Shown in pieces: positions 13,228 to 26,914 of a DNA stretch of 64,000 bases. The notes below the pieces were generated by a model. That model was not told where the DNA came from, made no database searches, and saw only the letters and a program-made list of their open reading frames with translations. Position numbers and translations under genes: made by a program. Within the stretch, counting starts at the first letter, position 1; every line of letters starts with the position of its first letter. The DNA is from Podarcis gaigeae (Eukaryota), in the NCBI GenBank assembly GCA_964106915.2, contig OZ066918.1; one strand, 5' to 3'.

Positions 13228-14675
13228 AAGATAGGATTCCAGGTGGAAAAATCAAAGTTAGAAACGGAATTGTTAGAACCTAAGACTAAGGGACGCGGGT
13301 GGCGCTGTGGGTAAAAGCCTCAGCGCCTAGGGCTTGCCGATCGAAAGGTCGGCGGTTCGAATCCCCGCGGCGGGGTGCGCTCCCGTTGCTCGGTCCCAGC
13401 GCCTGCCAACCTAGCAGTTCGAAAGCACCCTTGGGTGCAAGTAGGTAAATAGGGACCGCTTTCTAGCGGGAAGGTAAACGGCGTTTCCGTGTGCAGCTCT
13501 GGCTCGCCAGAGCAGCGATGTCACGCTGGCCACGTGACCCGGAAGTGTCTTCGGACAGCGCTGGCCCCTGGCCTCTTGAGTGAGATGGGCACACAACCCC
13601 AGAGTCTGGCAAGACTGCCCGTACGGGCAGGGGTACCTTTACCTTTACCTTTAAGACTAAGGTACTTTCAAGAATGTATAATTTGCTGCTAAAATGGAAC
13701 ACACAAGATGAAACGGTCAAATCGGCTATGATAAAATGGGCACAGGACATAGGGTATAATAACATGTTTGCTGACTGGGAAAGGTTATGGACCACCGGTT
13801 TGAAATTCATGGCATGTAATGCCTTGAAAGAAAATATTATGAAAATGATATATAGGTGGTACATGACCCCAGTCAAGCTTGCAAAAATATACCATTTGTC
13901 TGATAATAAATGTTGGAAATGTAAAGAAACTGAAGGAACGTTCTTTCACCTCTGGTGGACCTGCCCTAGAGTTAAGGCTTTCTGGGAAATGATATATAAC
14001 AAGTTGAAAAAGGTATTTAAGTATACCTTCCCTAAGAAACCAGAGGCCTTTCTTTTGGGCATCGTCGGCCAGAGGGTGTTAAAGAAGGACCGAACATTTT
14101 TTATGTATGCAGCAACAGCAGCAAGGATACTTGTCGCCAAGCACTGGAAAACCCAAGATTTGCCCACACTGGAGGAATGGCAGATGCAACTGATAGACTA
14201 TATGGAGCTAGCAGAAATGACTGGCAGAATCCGAGACCTGGGAGAAGAGGCTGTGGAGGAGGACTGGAAGAAATTTAAGGACTATTTACAAAAATATTGT
14301 AAATTGTATGAATGTTAAGAAAGATGTAAGATTATCAACAATATGGCACCAATAAGTTAGTTAAAAGGAATATGAAGATAAATGAAAATATAAGAAAAGA
14401 TAAATTTTGGATAAATATTATGTTAAAATTAAGCTTTTAAGGTCTGGGTTAAATTATCTAAAATTAGGGATACAATATTGGAAAATTATAATATAAGAAT
14501 TGAAACAAGGTGATAAATTGCTGGGTAAAGCTCGAAAATTTGGAACGCAGGAACAAGAGATGCGAGGAAGTCCAAAGAAGTGAAGAAAATGTGGATATTG
14601 AAAAATTATATGTTATTTTGTCTGTTTTTTCTATTGTATTAAGAAAATCTTTAATAAATATTTATAAAAAATATA
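13228..14675 (+). mobile_element. 5'-truncated L1 (ORF2 C-terminus with intact CCHC knuckle), interrupted by a Sauria SINE
   Basis: ORF 13674..14318 contains CWKC...HLWWTC and is highly similar to the copy at 5.4-6.9 kb. 17-bp TSD TATGATTATCAGTATGA at 13211-13227 and 14676-14692. Confidence 0.94.
13290..13651 (+). mobile_element. Full-length Sauria-type SINE inserted inside an L1 ORF2 remnant
   Basis: tRNA-like head GGGACGCGGGTGGCGCTGTGG (A box) and GGTTCGAATCC (B box), (ACCTTT)n tail, TSD TAAGACTAA at 13281-13289 and 13652-13660. Confidence 0.95.
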
Positions 14676-17600
14676 TATGATTATCAGTATGACTGCAATC
14701 CCATGCACAGTTTCCTAGGAGTAAGCTGATACAAGTTCCCTCAGGAAACATTTTTCATTAAGCCAATAAGATGGCTGAAATGCCATTTGTTTTCTTTCTC
14801 ATGTTCTAGAAGAATCATGTTATTAAGAATAGCATAAACATTTTGCCATCATTCCTTGATTTCAAAAAATGTCAAATTTATTTTATGCAAATAAATTATT
14901 TACAGAATTCATAAGCATCCTCCATGTGAAGTCCATCTGGCAGCCAGAAGAGGGTCTTGGAACTTGTTAATTTGTTTACACTGTAAACCGCTTCATAATA
15001 AGTAAGAAAGTTCTTAATGCTCATGTGGAAGAATAAGGTATGTGAGCATTGCACTATAGTTAGGGCTAACCCCTCAAATCCAGTTTCTAAAAATGTAAAA
15101 GGAAAGGGGATCATTTCATTATTTCCTTTCTTGATACCAAACTGGTGTCTTTATGAAAAATTATTAACATGCACTCAATTTAAATTATTACTTTTTGTGT
15201 GCCATCTGTCAGAAAAGGTTAATGACATAAGAAGGACATAAAATGATCATGATTTCAATACTTCGGTCTACTGTCAGTCCTATCTACTATTAAGGAGCTC
15301 ATTCTCTGAATACCAATGTAGACACAATAACATCATCCACACACACACACGGGGTGCCAGCAAGCTTGGGAGAATACCAAGATTTGCAGAAGTATGCAAA
15401 ATATAGGGTGGGAGGTAATGAAGAGTTATTTTTTAAGCACAATGATAACTTAGTGGCCACAGAATGCTAAGAGCTATTGGTTGAGAAACAGAAAATGGAC
15501 TTGGGGGAATGGAAGGGAGTTTCCTGGCTGATTGGTTGGCTGTAACCCTGAACATGAGCACGCCACATGGTACCATTTTGTTGTGGGTCCTACTTGTGTT
15601 TCAGTAGTCTCCTGAAAGCTCGGGGGGGGGGAGGGAGACAGATAGGCATAATGAAACTGAATTTGCACATTCATCTCCATCACTGTAACAGGACATGAGG
15701 CCAGTACCAGCCAAAAGGTGAAGCTTTTTTTCCTCCTCCATGCAGTTGTGAACTCAAGCAGATGACATATATCTGCAGAATAAAACCACAGGCTACCCAG
15801 TCCAGCACTCTGTTTCAAACAGTGGCCGATCAGAAAAAAACACCTTCTCCACAGCACATTGGACATTAGAGAACCACCTGCTTCACTGGGAACACCCACA
15901 ACTGTTTTCATGACTGTTAATACTTTTTAAAATTTGGATTCCCTCCACCCCCGATCCTTACACTATTCTGACACAAAAACACATTTGAGTGAATTTTGGA
16001 AACCTTGTGGCTGCAATGGATTTTGTAACTATGTGTCTGAAGGGGCTAAAATTTACCAGGTAAAAGTTCTGACCAAGCCAACTGGAACCACCATGACATT
16101 CCACTGACATGTCCCCTTAGGAACAATGTTTAAGAGTCACTGACTTGTGACATCTTTGCCTCCTTAAAACAGAAGCTGTTGCTGCATAAGTCAGAAGCAG
16201 TTAGCAGTGACAATCACCACAGACATATTGGATCACTTTCTCTTTAAATGCTCCCTCCTACCACCCCAGAACTGAGTCCCATTATAACCACTTTATTTTT
16301 TTTGGGGGGGTGCAATATGCAAAGTGCTCCAGATACCTACACCCTCTCTCACAGTGAAAATAAAACTATGTATATCAGGCACCACTTTAGAATATTACTA
16401 TCCCTTCCATATTAGTAGCAGTGTGCAAGAATAACTACCTTGCCTCTGAATGACCAAGTAATTCAATCTCATAGTCTTCCCCATCCCCCACAGGCTGTGG
16501 ATTCAGGGCATCTTATGAGCTCTTGCATTGTTATACTCATAGTGTTGTTACTAGATTACCCATTAAATAATTCACCAACAACATCCAGTAATGGGTTTAA
16601 AGCCTTTTGGAGAACTTGCAAATAACTTATAGCTGTTGTTATTTAGTATACCAAGGTTATGAGCATCAAAAGCTGAAGACAGTGTTTGACAGTGTCATCA
16701 ACAGCCATTGATATTACAAATTCTGCACAGCAGAAACCTTGACCCTCAGTCATTTTGAGCAGCTTTTGAAAAATCTCATCCCTTCAAGGACTCTAGGAAG
16801 AATACTTATCCCAACTGCAGGATTAATGAGTCTCCATGTTGGCTAAAAGTAACATATGAAACAAGTACAATTTAAAAATCAGGAAGCTAAAATGTAACAC
16901 TTACATCAGTGCCATCTGTACCCATGTAACTGAGCTCTTGTAGGTCAGGAGTCTACAGCAAGGAACCCATGATGCTGCATGACTACTTTGTAGTTGCACA
17001 CATTGGTAGGATTCTGGACTATTTTCAGACAAGAACAGCAATGGGGTAAGAACATGCTTCTGTCTTAAGTAATTGTGATAACATGCTTTTTCTACCACTA
17101 GGAAGAATAAGCATGTATACCTGGGTATTAGGTAGTCAGGATTTCTGAGGACAATCTATGCTCTTTTGACTTTTTAGATGGTAGGAAGTAAGAATGCCAG
17201 CACTTCTGAGTTAACGCCAGGAAATTATGTGCTGCAGCAAAATCCTCAGGCCTCTGTCATGGCTTCTTGAGCCATATCTACTCATTCTGTCAAGAAACTG
17301 CACTGAGCAAGACAATGCACTGTTTGGCTGTAATGATGCTTTAATGTTGGGAAGTGAAGATAGAGCTGCCAGGCCTGAAAGGGGGAAATGATGATGCTAT
17401 GGTTGCATATGCCAACCTAGTAAGTCCAGAAGGAGGAGAAACCAGCTGAAGTTACAAAACCCATTGAGACAGTGACAGAGTAGCACAACTGCTATGTGTC
17501 CTGCAATCTGGAAGTACACCAAAATAGATGATCAAATGGAAATCTGAGGATATGAAGAATTCATGAAAGGTAAAAATAAAAACCTTGGCATATCAATGCC

Positions 17601-18011
17601 AAAGAGCAAAAGGCATCTGCACAATATTATGCATTCCTGAATACTGGAACTAAGCAGAAGATGAACAAAACACCCCTCACCTCTATGGTTGTGACTCTGC
17701 CAGTTCAAGAATCCATGTTAGACACCTAAGCATGACAATACTTCACGTCAGTTCTAATGATAACCGTTATGTCATGCGACATGCAGTTTGTTGGATATGC
17801 ACATATCAGCATGTCAGCTGCATTCCAGTTTTCTGTATATAGCAGGAAAACATTCACACATTCACACTGATTCCCAGGTCATTTTCTGCTTTACAGAGCA
17901 AAGTCCAATTAATATATCCAGTCACCTGTCATGAAGACAGGTGCTTGAAGCACATTAATTATTATTATTAAAATTTCTATACTGCCCTATACCCGCAGGT
18001 CTAAGGGCAAT

Positions 18012-18363
18012 TGTCAGATGCTGGTGATGGTTGCTCGTGAGTAACCAGGCAGAACTCCAACCTGGCTTTTACAGGTTTTATTGTGCAAACCATTTACAGT
18101 GCAGAGCCACAAAGTTCATGTCCGTCTCAGTCACTTGCAGAATCCGGGAGTGGCCCCTTCCAGTTTCTCCCCCAACATAAGAACTTCGGCACCCCAAGCC
18201 TCCTCCTTGCGTTTCACCCCTCTGCGCAAGCTGGGCGACGGAAGGGGCGTGTGTCCCTCCTGGCCAGCCTGGCTAGGTGAGGCGCTGGTGCTCTCAGCAG
18301 CATCCTCAAGCCCTTTCCTCGCTTGGCTGGCCCCTTCCCTCCACCACACCATCACCACCTACA
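18012..18363 (-). mobile_element. Solo-LTR-like segment
   Basis: Bounded by TG...CA, with AATAAA on the minus strand near 18077-18082 and an abrupt GC-rich composition. No convincing TSD. Confidence 0.4.
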
Positions 18364-21300
18364 AAAGGTGTTCTATGAAGGTATGATGACAAGTGCAGAA
18401 AATGTATGGGCAGTTGCTTTAAGTTTACATAAACACATCAGTGCTTCCTATGAACAGCCTCTACATTGCAGCATTTCAAAAAGCCACTCGTGAAAGGGGC
18501 TGCATGTGCACCTTTAGCTCTTCACTAACTAGAAGTAAAGTAGATGGATCTATAGGATGGGTTGTTCGACTTATTTCCGTCTTTTTTAAAGCTAATTGTG
18601 CATTTCAGCCTATTAGTTTGGCTGGGTACCATTTTGTCAACTAGCATTCCTCATTCCCTGCCTTTGTGCCATGATAACTTGCTCTCTTATCAACAAACTG
18701 GATTTTCCTTAGGACAGAGAGGTGGATAACATCACACTGATAGTATTTCCAAAAGTTGTGGAAATGAGCCTTTCAGCCATTCAGTCCATACCAAATAGCC
18801 CTTGGAGACAGATGATTTTAGTAAACAATGTAAAACCTGTTTTAGAATCATTTTGATTAAAAAAAAAATTAGATGCTATAGAATAGGGGTGCATATTCCA
18901 GACATATGAAAGTCATTATTCTGGTTAGTTTCTAAACAGAGTGAATTGCTCTTCTGTAGTTCCTTGACTGAGAAGAGGATAATGATTTAATGTTTTACAT
19001 AAGCCTCGCTTTAAGTGACTATAATTCAGCACTCATAATGGACAAGAAAATGCATCAGGGACAGCTAAACACACAAGCCTGCACAAGCCACAGCCATTAA
19101 GATGTTTTATCATTTCAATGGGATGGAGATTTTTGCCACAGTCCAATTAACTTTCTAAGATATCACTGTTGCAGATCTGACAGCTTGTGAATCTGTTTAT
19201 TCATTTTTTGCCAATGTCAGATAGAATCTCCCATTATTCATAATATATTATTTTTAAAATATCAGACCTGGTTACTCCAGGGTCTTGATGTACCCTGTCA
19301 AGTTCAAATCATGTTAATGAATGAGCTTTGCAATAAACAAAGTATTTTACCATTATCATGTACCCACACACAGTTTTAGGAGTGTAGATGAGTCAATTTG
19401 TAGGAGGCAGCAGCACAGAAAACATGAGGCTTTTCCTACAATCCCCGTGCAAGTATTGATTGGAGGGCCAAAGGAGGAGGAAGGTCACTCTCCAATACTA
19501 TATAATACACTCTTGCCCTATATTTCTCACTTTCCTCTGCCTAAAGGAACAATACCATCCAATATGTTCTTGGCTCCCATAGATGAGGACTGCAGAATTC
19601 TTGTGCTATTTCCTGTGTTATGGAGAGAATGTTGGAATGTTTCACTAGACCCAATTCAAACATTCAGCCCATGTTAATATCCTTTTTACTAGAAAGCATG
19701 TGCCCAACACCATGTGAACAACATTGTGGCCGCTCCCAGATGACCCATTTATTGAGCATTTATCCTGCTTTCTTTGCAGGGAGTTTAGACAATGTTGCAT
19801 CAAAACAAGTGCTGTCCCACAATTTCCAACACATTTCTCTGTCCCTTTCTTTACCTTCAGGTTTGTTGCACAAGACCTCCTAATCAACTATAATAGTGCA
19901 ATCTACATTTGTCTGTATGTGATTGAATACCACCCAAAAAATAGTGGCAGTGAAAGTGCCCTGTATGTGAGCTAAGATATCATGAGCATACAGCTAGATT
20001 TGCATGTTCCTTTCCCCCTTCCAACAGGTGTAGGAGGAAGATATACATTGGGTGAATTGCACATATACTTCTCAACCTTTCACAGAGTGTCATTTGTGAG
20101 ATGGCAGCAACATGTGCCCTTGCTGCCAAAGCCAGTTCCCAACAGGTGAAGGACACTATTATGGGCTCAAATGCCTGAACCAGACCTGAGAGAAACCCTA
20201 CCAGAAAAAAGGAGATTTATTCATCTGCAAGATGAGATTGCTTGGTTATCTGCATGTTCAATTCCTGAACACTAAGACTTTCAGGATAATCTTGGTACAC
20301 TGCTGAGTATTCAGCAGCAGGTCTTTTCAGAAATGCAACAATGAGGCTGGATTATTATAAAATGGTCTCGCATACAGCTCTCTCCTCAGCCAGACCACCC
20401 ACAAGCGAAAGAGCAGAGATATTGTGCACAAAGGCCGATCATAGATACACAGAAAGGATATTAAATCTGCAGGCTATATAGCAATCCCCCTTCCTGAGAA
20501 AATAACATCCAGTAAATTTCTGACTCATGCTCATTTTGTTTCAAGGACTCCAACGGAGGTATCAATACATATCCTTTAAAAGTACGCAGAAAGGAAAGAA
20601 ATCCAATTTTCATGGCTGCACCAAGATGAATTGATTCTGAGCATAAAACTGGAAAGGCTCTGAAACTACGGAAAGTAATGTTCTCCACGCAATGAATTTT
20701 CATTCCAAGATGTAGAATGAGAGCATTCTTCACCACTGGGATGCCCTTCCATCAAAAACACAAGACTGTCAAATTAGAAGTTACTTCCTGAAGAGTGGGG
20801 GGCAAGAGAGGATGTTCTCTCCTTGGATCTCTCTATGACTTTACTAAATAAAAGTGTTACAGAAGGAAACAAAATCCATATAACAGAGTAACTGAAAGAG
20901 GCAGAGGCAGAGAGGGGGGGGGGTCATTCCCAGCTCTCAAACTGACTGAAATGCAGATGACAGCAAGAAAGAAGAACAAGGACAGGAATAATGTTCTTCC
21001 CCATACAACAACCTGAAATGAACATTAAAAGTAAAGAAAATGTTAGTCTCCCATGAGGTGACAGGACATTCTCCAACAATTGCATTTCAAGAGCAGTTAC
21101 TCCACCCCACCCCTGCCAAGCTGGATGGGGTACTCCTGGCCTACTTATGCTGTAGCATTTCATTTAGGATCCTCCACCAAGGCAAAGAAGGCAACTTAAC
21201 AGGATTTGGAGGGTGTGTGTGCAAAGGTCTAGGTGGCCACTCTACTTGTCTCCCTCATTGGTGCTCTTTACCAAAAGGAATGACCACCACTCCAAAAAGG

Positions 21301-23254
21301 ATGGATGTGCTCTGTCTGATAAGCTTCCATATTACTTGCAAAGTCACACTGTAATAATGGCCTTGGAAACTTTCTGCCCCACAGAACCCATTCTGATTAA
21401 AAGAAAGGTGTTCTGTATGCACTGGTAGCCTCCACAATTCTTGTGATGGCATAGTATCTATTTTGGATGAATATGAGTCAGTCCTACATCTTCATCTATG
21501 GTTTGGCAGTCAAGATAGTCAGCCGTGGTATTTTCTACTTTAGTCATATGTTGTACTCTTAGATACTAGAGGAGTCATTCTGCCTAGAATCTACTTCATG
21601 ATGCTTATCGTTTCCTTGTGAGCAGCTTACAACATTACGACTCCTCATCAATAGATACAAACCTTTACTTTGGCGTTACTTGTGAACACCCTAACATACT
21701 TTTGTAGAAGTCTGTTTTTCTGAATGCCAGCTGTCTGAATGCCAGCTGATAATTCTGCTTTGCTTCAATGAGGACCACTAATTCTAAGCTATTAGACTCT
21801 AGGTTGTGGGCTTCCTAGCTAGGTAAGCACTTGGAAGCTCTAGCAGTGGAATGCCCAACTGAAACCAGCCCTCTTCATTCCACTACTAAATGGAGTCTAT
21901 AAGTTGGTGGCTCATTTGCCCAGAACTTAACTGAGCTTTACCTTAGTTTGGAGCAACAACCAAAACCTTTGATGTGGAAGGGACTCAGCTGCTACCTAGT
22001 TTACTGTCAAGCAGGAATACATCTTTCCTAGGACCTATCCCACACTTACAGCTGTTCTAGGAACTCTAGGGCTACAGATCTGATCCACACTCTTCATGCC
22101 CCTGACACAACAATTTAGTTCCTGGTGTCCATGAATCTGCACAAATTTCTGTCATAATGCCTAGGTTCCTTTTCTCAAGACCCTTCAGACTTCGGGCCAA
22201 TTCTTTGTTTACACGCTTACGGTCAGGCTGAGAAGTAAGTTAACCTAGGATACAAACAGGATTCAAATTTTTATAGTCTATGGACTAGGAGAGGTGAAAT
22301 GGGCTCTTGCCGTTGTTAACTAGCCTGTGAAGGCAGTTCAGAGATTTTTGGAATTGTGGAACAAACAGGGAGAGACTTTTTGCTAGGGCTGTAATGAAGG
22401 ACTGGGTCCACCATGAAATTAGACGCCTAGGCACATCCTGCCAAGGTCAGGATCACTCTGTAAGTTGGAAGCCCCTCCTTCCCAGGAAGTGACTTATAAG
22501 TTGTCTCTGCATCCTGTTAACAAGGAAGAAGCATCCCAGTAGTGAAGAAAGCTGCAACTGTGACAGAGAAGATTTTAAAATATTATTTTCAAAAGAACTA
22601 AATGTATGTTTTGGTCCAAAGGCATTTAATGGAATGTAGAGGTACAGGAACTGTTTGGACTATAGCCTGCCAGTTGTTTATAGTAGAGTGATTAAGAACA
22701 CCATTGCTACTGAAGCTGCCATGATCATCCTATGCTTAGAGCCCTTGGAGATAAACACGGCAAGTTACGCCTCTCACTGCACTTTTAAACATATCGCTGC
22801 AACAATACCCAGATGGGAAAAGCTGCACCAAATTCCTAGGCAGGCAAAGCTGGGTCAAATCCACTCCAGCCAGCTTGCCCACCAGATATGGTCTTATTGC
22901 ATACAGACTTCATGTTAGATAGCAGTGCCGCCAGACTGGGAAACATTTCAACGGAGCTACCAAATATCAGACAGATGGAGAGATAGAAGGGGGTACAGCA
23001 TGCATGCAGTGTCCCTACTCCATCGATGTCTCATCCGCTTCCAATGCTATAATTCCTCCTGCCTGTTACCACTGATATTGAGGCACATCTGGTGATCTCT
23101 CCTCTGCTGTAATCGCCCAGGCAAACACTGGACCGATATTCCACTCACCCAGGCACTCTCAGCACCATTATGCACCCACCATTCATACATACATCCACTA
23201 TCATATATATTACGCATCCACTTTAACCAATTATCACTTTATATTCATCTGATA

Positions 23255-23466
23255 CAGTGGTACCTCGGGTTACAGATGCTTCAGATTACAGACTCTGCTA
23301 ACCCAGAAATAGTACCTCGGGTTAATAACTTTGCTTCAGGATGAGAACAGAAATTGTGCGGCAGCAGGAGCCCCCATTAGCTAAAGTGGTACCTCAGGTT
23401 AAGAACAGTTTCAGGTTAAGAACAGACCTCCAGAACGAATTAAGTTCTTAACCCGAGGTACCACTG
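23255..23466. mobile_element. Tc1/mariner(pogo)-type MITE, copy 1
   Basis: TA|CAGTGGTACCTCGGGTTA ... TAACCCGAGGTACCACTG|TA: perfect TIRs and a TA TSD. Confidence 0.92.
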
Positions 23467-24704
23467 TAGCTATATATTGTGAGTGATGGGACTGTGGAGT
23501 TGTGTCATCGATATTGGGTGGGTGCTGAGGGTTATCATTTAGATTAGGTTGGTGCCGGAAGTTGTTAGATGGCAGCAATGGTCTAGTCCCATCACTCACA
23601 AAACCCTATTACACCCCTAGTACCCTAGCTCTCAGTAAAGCCCCAGTATCAACCACTGGGTACTCAGCAGCACCCCTGAAACACGCCATCCTCATTCTCA
23701 AACACTCAATACTGGGTATGCAGTAACTAGCTGGCCTCTTATCTCATCTTGTGCACCCTGGTATCCTAGCTTTTACTTAGGGCACCAGTGCAGCCCAGCA
23801 AGAGTGCTCCCTACTTTCACCCAGAGGAGCACCCATCAAACATGCCACCCTCAGTTCCAAACACCCTCACACATTCAAACACAGACTGAAAAGGCAATGA
23901 CACTCTTGCCCTCATGGTGAACCAAAGGGCATTTCCCTCTGGTGACAGCCCACCACAGGGCAGGACCACCTATCTCTCTGGTGTGCAAGTGCCTCACAAT
24001 GTCCAGAATCTGTCACCACCTTCCTCTACGACGATCATCAGTAATACTTTGAGGGTTGCTGTGGCTTACTAGGAGTTGAGGGTGGGTAAGTGATAAACTT
24101 TCCCTCGGTTCCCATTCTTCTCACTGCCAAAAAGTCCAGTAACACACAGCATCTAATTCAAGACACTGCACATGCAATACTCCTAAAGATATCTTCTCAG
24201 GCTCTCTTCATTTTCAATAAGACCATACCACATCTGTTCACACTGAAGGCTTATTTACACAGGCATATAGAACTAGTGTGAAGGGAATCATTCCAGTCAG
24301 TTGTGTTTGCTTGCTGGTGTAAACATTCTTAGTGTTGTAATTTTTTTCATCAACTAACACAAATTAAAATATTTGGAGTTAATTAGAATCCATGTTTGAA
24401 TCTGACCTGTATAAATGTACTGTCCCACCAACTGAAAAGCTGAAAGCAATAATAAAAAGTGGGTTCTATGAAGGTAAAAAAAGGGGGGGAACATACTTTT
24501 GTCTAAACAATGCTGAGGGCTACTGAAAGAGTGGTAGAAGACCCTATGAGCCATCCCCATCACTGGGAAGTAAGAGAAGACCCTCAGCTCATTATAAGGC
24601 TGATGTTGATGCAGTTACAAATGCCTTGGTGCCTTCTATAATTCATTCTGCCTAGAGTTACCCTTAAAAAATATTTGGAAACCACTACTAGCACAAAATG
24701 TATC

Positions 24705-24900
24705 AATTGACAGGAGTCACGTCACCTTATATTAGTATTATATCGAGATCCCAAAATGTTTCCTGACCCAATTCAAGGTGGTGGATCTTGCATTTTAAGC
24801 CCTCTGTGGTTTGGTACCTGGATATCTAAAATAACATCACTCCCTGCATGAATCTACAGGGACACTGCAGCCAATGGAAAGGCTCTATTATGTATACCTC
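24705..24900 (+). mobile_element. Old L2-type LINE fragment
   Basis: CAATTCAAGGTG...TTTAAGCCCTCTGTGGTTTGGTACCTGGATATCT resembles the L2 'QFKVL...KAL.GLGP.YL' segment. Confidence 0.6.
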
Positions 24901-26329
24901 CACTTAATAAGATGCAGAAAGAAGGGAAGTATGCTTAGTTCTTCTTAATAGCATGGGAATTCTGGAATTTATTGTCAAGGGAGATCCAGCCAGCCACTTC
25001 CCTGAGCTGTACCATCCTAGCACAAGAGGGATGTAGACTCCAAGATTTGGATGCTGTTGACTCCAATATTTGCAGAAGTGCAAAAAAAAAAAATCTTTAG
25101 GAGGGAAGAAGAGATGGGAGGGCGGGTCTGAGGAAGACTGGACATGCTCAGTAGTAGTCATGAAATGCTGGCTGAATGTTTGGGTAGGGAGGGAAAACAG
25201 GTGAATATAGAAGAGGGTGCAGAGTGGAGTATTCTGGAATGTCTTTCATGGCTGGCAGCCTTGAACAGGAATACTTCACACTGCACCAGGCAACATTCAT
25301 TTCTAGGTCACGTATGTTTTTACTTATCTATATTCTTCTTTTTTACAGAAATGTTCACAGTTTACAATTCAGGGTTACAGCTCATTAGGCATGGTACAAA
25401 AGGGCATGGGCGAGAAAAGAAAATGAGCACATCAAGTATAACGGCCACAGCACAAGACAATTATAGGAAAGGAGGAGCCATGTTGTAATTAGAAGGAGGC
25501 ATCACTATCCTGCCTCCTGCAAAGCTAGTTGATCCAGTCCCTCAGGCAACGCTGTCCAATGAATTCACATCTCTCAAAAATGGGCACAAAAAGGCTGAGC
25601 TATGCATATGCTGAGCTAACCAATGGTCAAATTTTTAAAACAGAAAATTGCTCACATGACTGTGATTTCCAGGTTTGTTTCTTTCAATATATATAAGAAA
25701 TGCAGAGAAGTGCATGTTTGGCTGGTAAAAGTGACCTCCTGAGGTCAAACTACTCTGCTTAACCATTTGAAAAATATTAAGGGAGGTTGCAAAGATTAAT
25801 TCCCATAATAGAATATTTGCATTTCAACCCTTTTGTTTACTTTTGCTCTTGGTTTAAGAAATCATAATGGGAACAATGACATCCAAAATAAAATACATTA
25901 CATAACCATCAATTAAGATGATGTACCTTTTCCTCTAAACAATGTAATAAAATACCCTTTCTCTTAATTTTCAATGGCATCTGTATATTTGATTTCACAA
26001 TGTTGACTTCTCTGTACTAGGAAAGTAATCCTATTTAATCTGTTTTTAGTAGCCAATGTTTTCTATTTGATGTCCGACTCCATTATCTTGATTTCTTTTA
26101 TTTTAAAAAAATCCTTTGGGGTATTAGAAAAACAGCAGGTCAATCATTACAAACGAGTATGTGTAGAACAGGTTTTAGATTTATATCTCAGTAGTTATTT
26201 CAGCTTATTTTTAGAAGAAAACAACCAAAAGTTCTCAGAACAGAACTCCTGAACCTCCACTCCCTCTAATTTTTGTAGTTTCCCCATCCAATGCCTTTGA
26301 TTAAAATTCACAATGAAAGGCGAGGAATA

Positions 26330-26420
26330 CCACAATCGTATGCATGTCTACTCAGAGGTAAGTCCTACTGAGTTCAACAGGACTTACTCCCAGGTAGGTG
26401 GGGGTACAGGAGTGCAGCCC
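26330..26420. repeat. About 90-bp palindromic MITE-like repeat (relatives near 5090-5290, 37668-37747, 38488-38580, 51725-51815 and 56780-56868)
   Basis: CAATCGTATGCATGTCTACTCAGAGGTAAGTCC...GGACTTACTCCCAGGTAGG...TGCAGCC has internal dyad symmetry and recurs across the window. Confidence 0.65.
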
Positions 26421-26778
26421 CAAAGCGAGTGTAGAATTGATGAAGAATTATATGTCAACAAGCACCTGAGCTTTGACACCATAGAATACAGAATGGAGAT
26501 GCGTAAGAAACAAGATTAAGAGGCTTCAAGACAATTGCCAAGATTAAGCCTGCCAAAGGCAATTGGAACATGCTATAAATAAAATGTCTGAGCATTAATG
26601 TCAATTGCATAAACTCATTCTAAGCGGCAGGGGAATCTGAATCCTGGTGGCAGGTGCCTCGCTGTACTGGTTATGCTGCTTTGTACTAACTGCATTTAGC
26701 TAATTGGCAGAGACAAGATATCTGAAAGACACCTCTGTCTCTTAGCTGTTGTAATGAAGCAGAGTAAAAGGTTTAACT

Positions 26779-26914
26779 CAGGCATCCCCAAACTCGGCCC
26801 TCCAGATGTTTTGTGACTACAACTCCCATCACCCCTAGCTAACAGGACCAGTGGTCAGGGGTGATGGGAACTGCAGTCCCAAAACATCTGGAGGGCCGAG
26901 TTTGGGGATGCCTG
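26779..26914. mobile_element. 136-bp near-palindromic hAT-type MITE
   Basis: CAGGCATCCCCAAACTCGGCCCTCCAGATGTTTT at left is the exact inverse of the right end. 8-bp TSD GTTTAACT at 26771-26778 and 26915-26922. Confidence 0.92.

Noticed and set aside
13290-13375. tRNA gene (A and B boxes present)
   Set aside because: It is the tRNA-derived head of a SINE, continuous with the SINE body and tail.
13674-14318. 214-aa ORF (and the ORFs at 5467-6604) as host genes
   Set aside because: They are L1 ORF2 C-terminal remnants inside TSD-flanked, 5'-truncated insertions.
26779-26914. Long hairpin as a miRNA precursor
   Set aside because: Fully explained by a palindromic MITE with an 8-bp TSD. No sequence evidence of processing.
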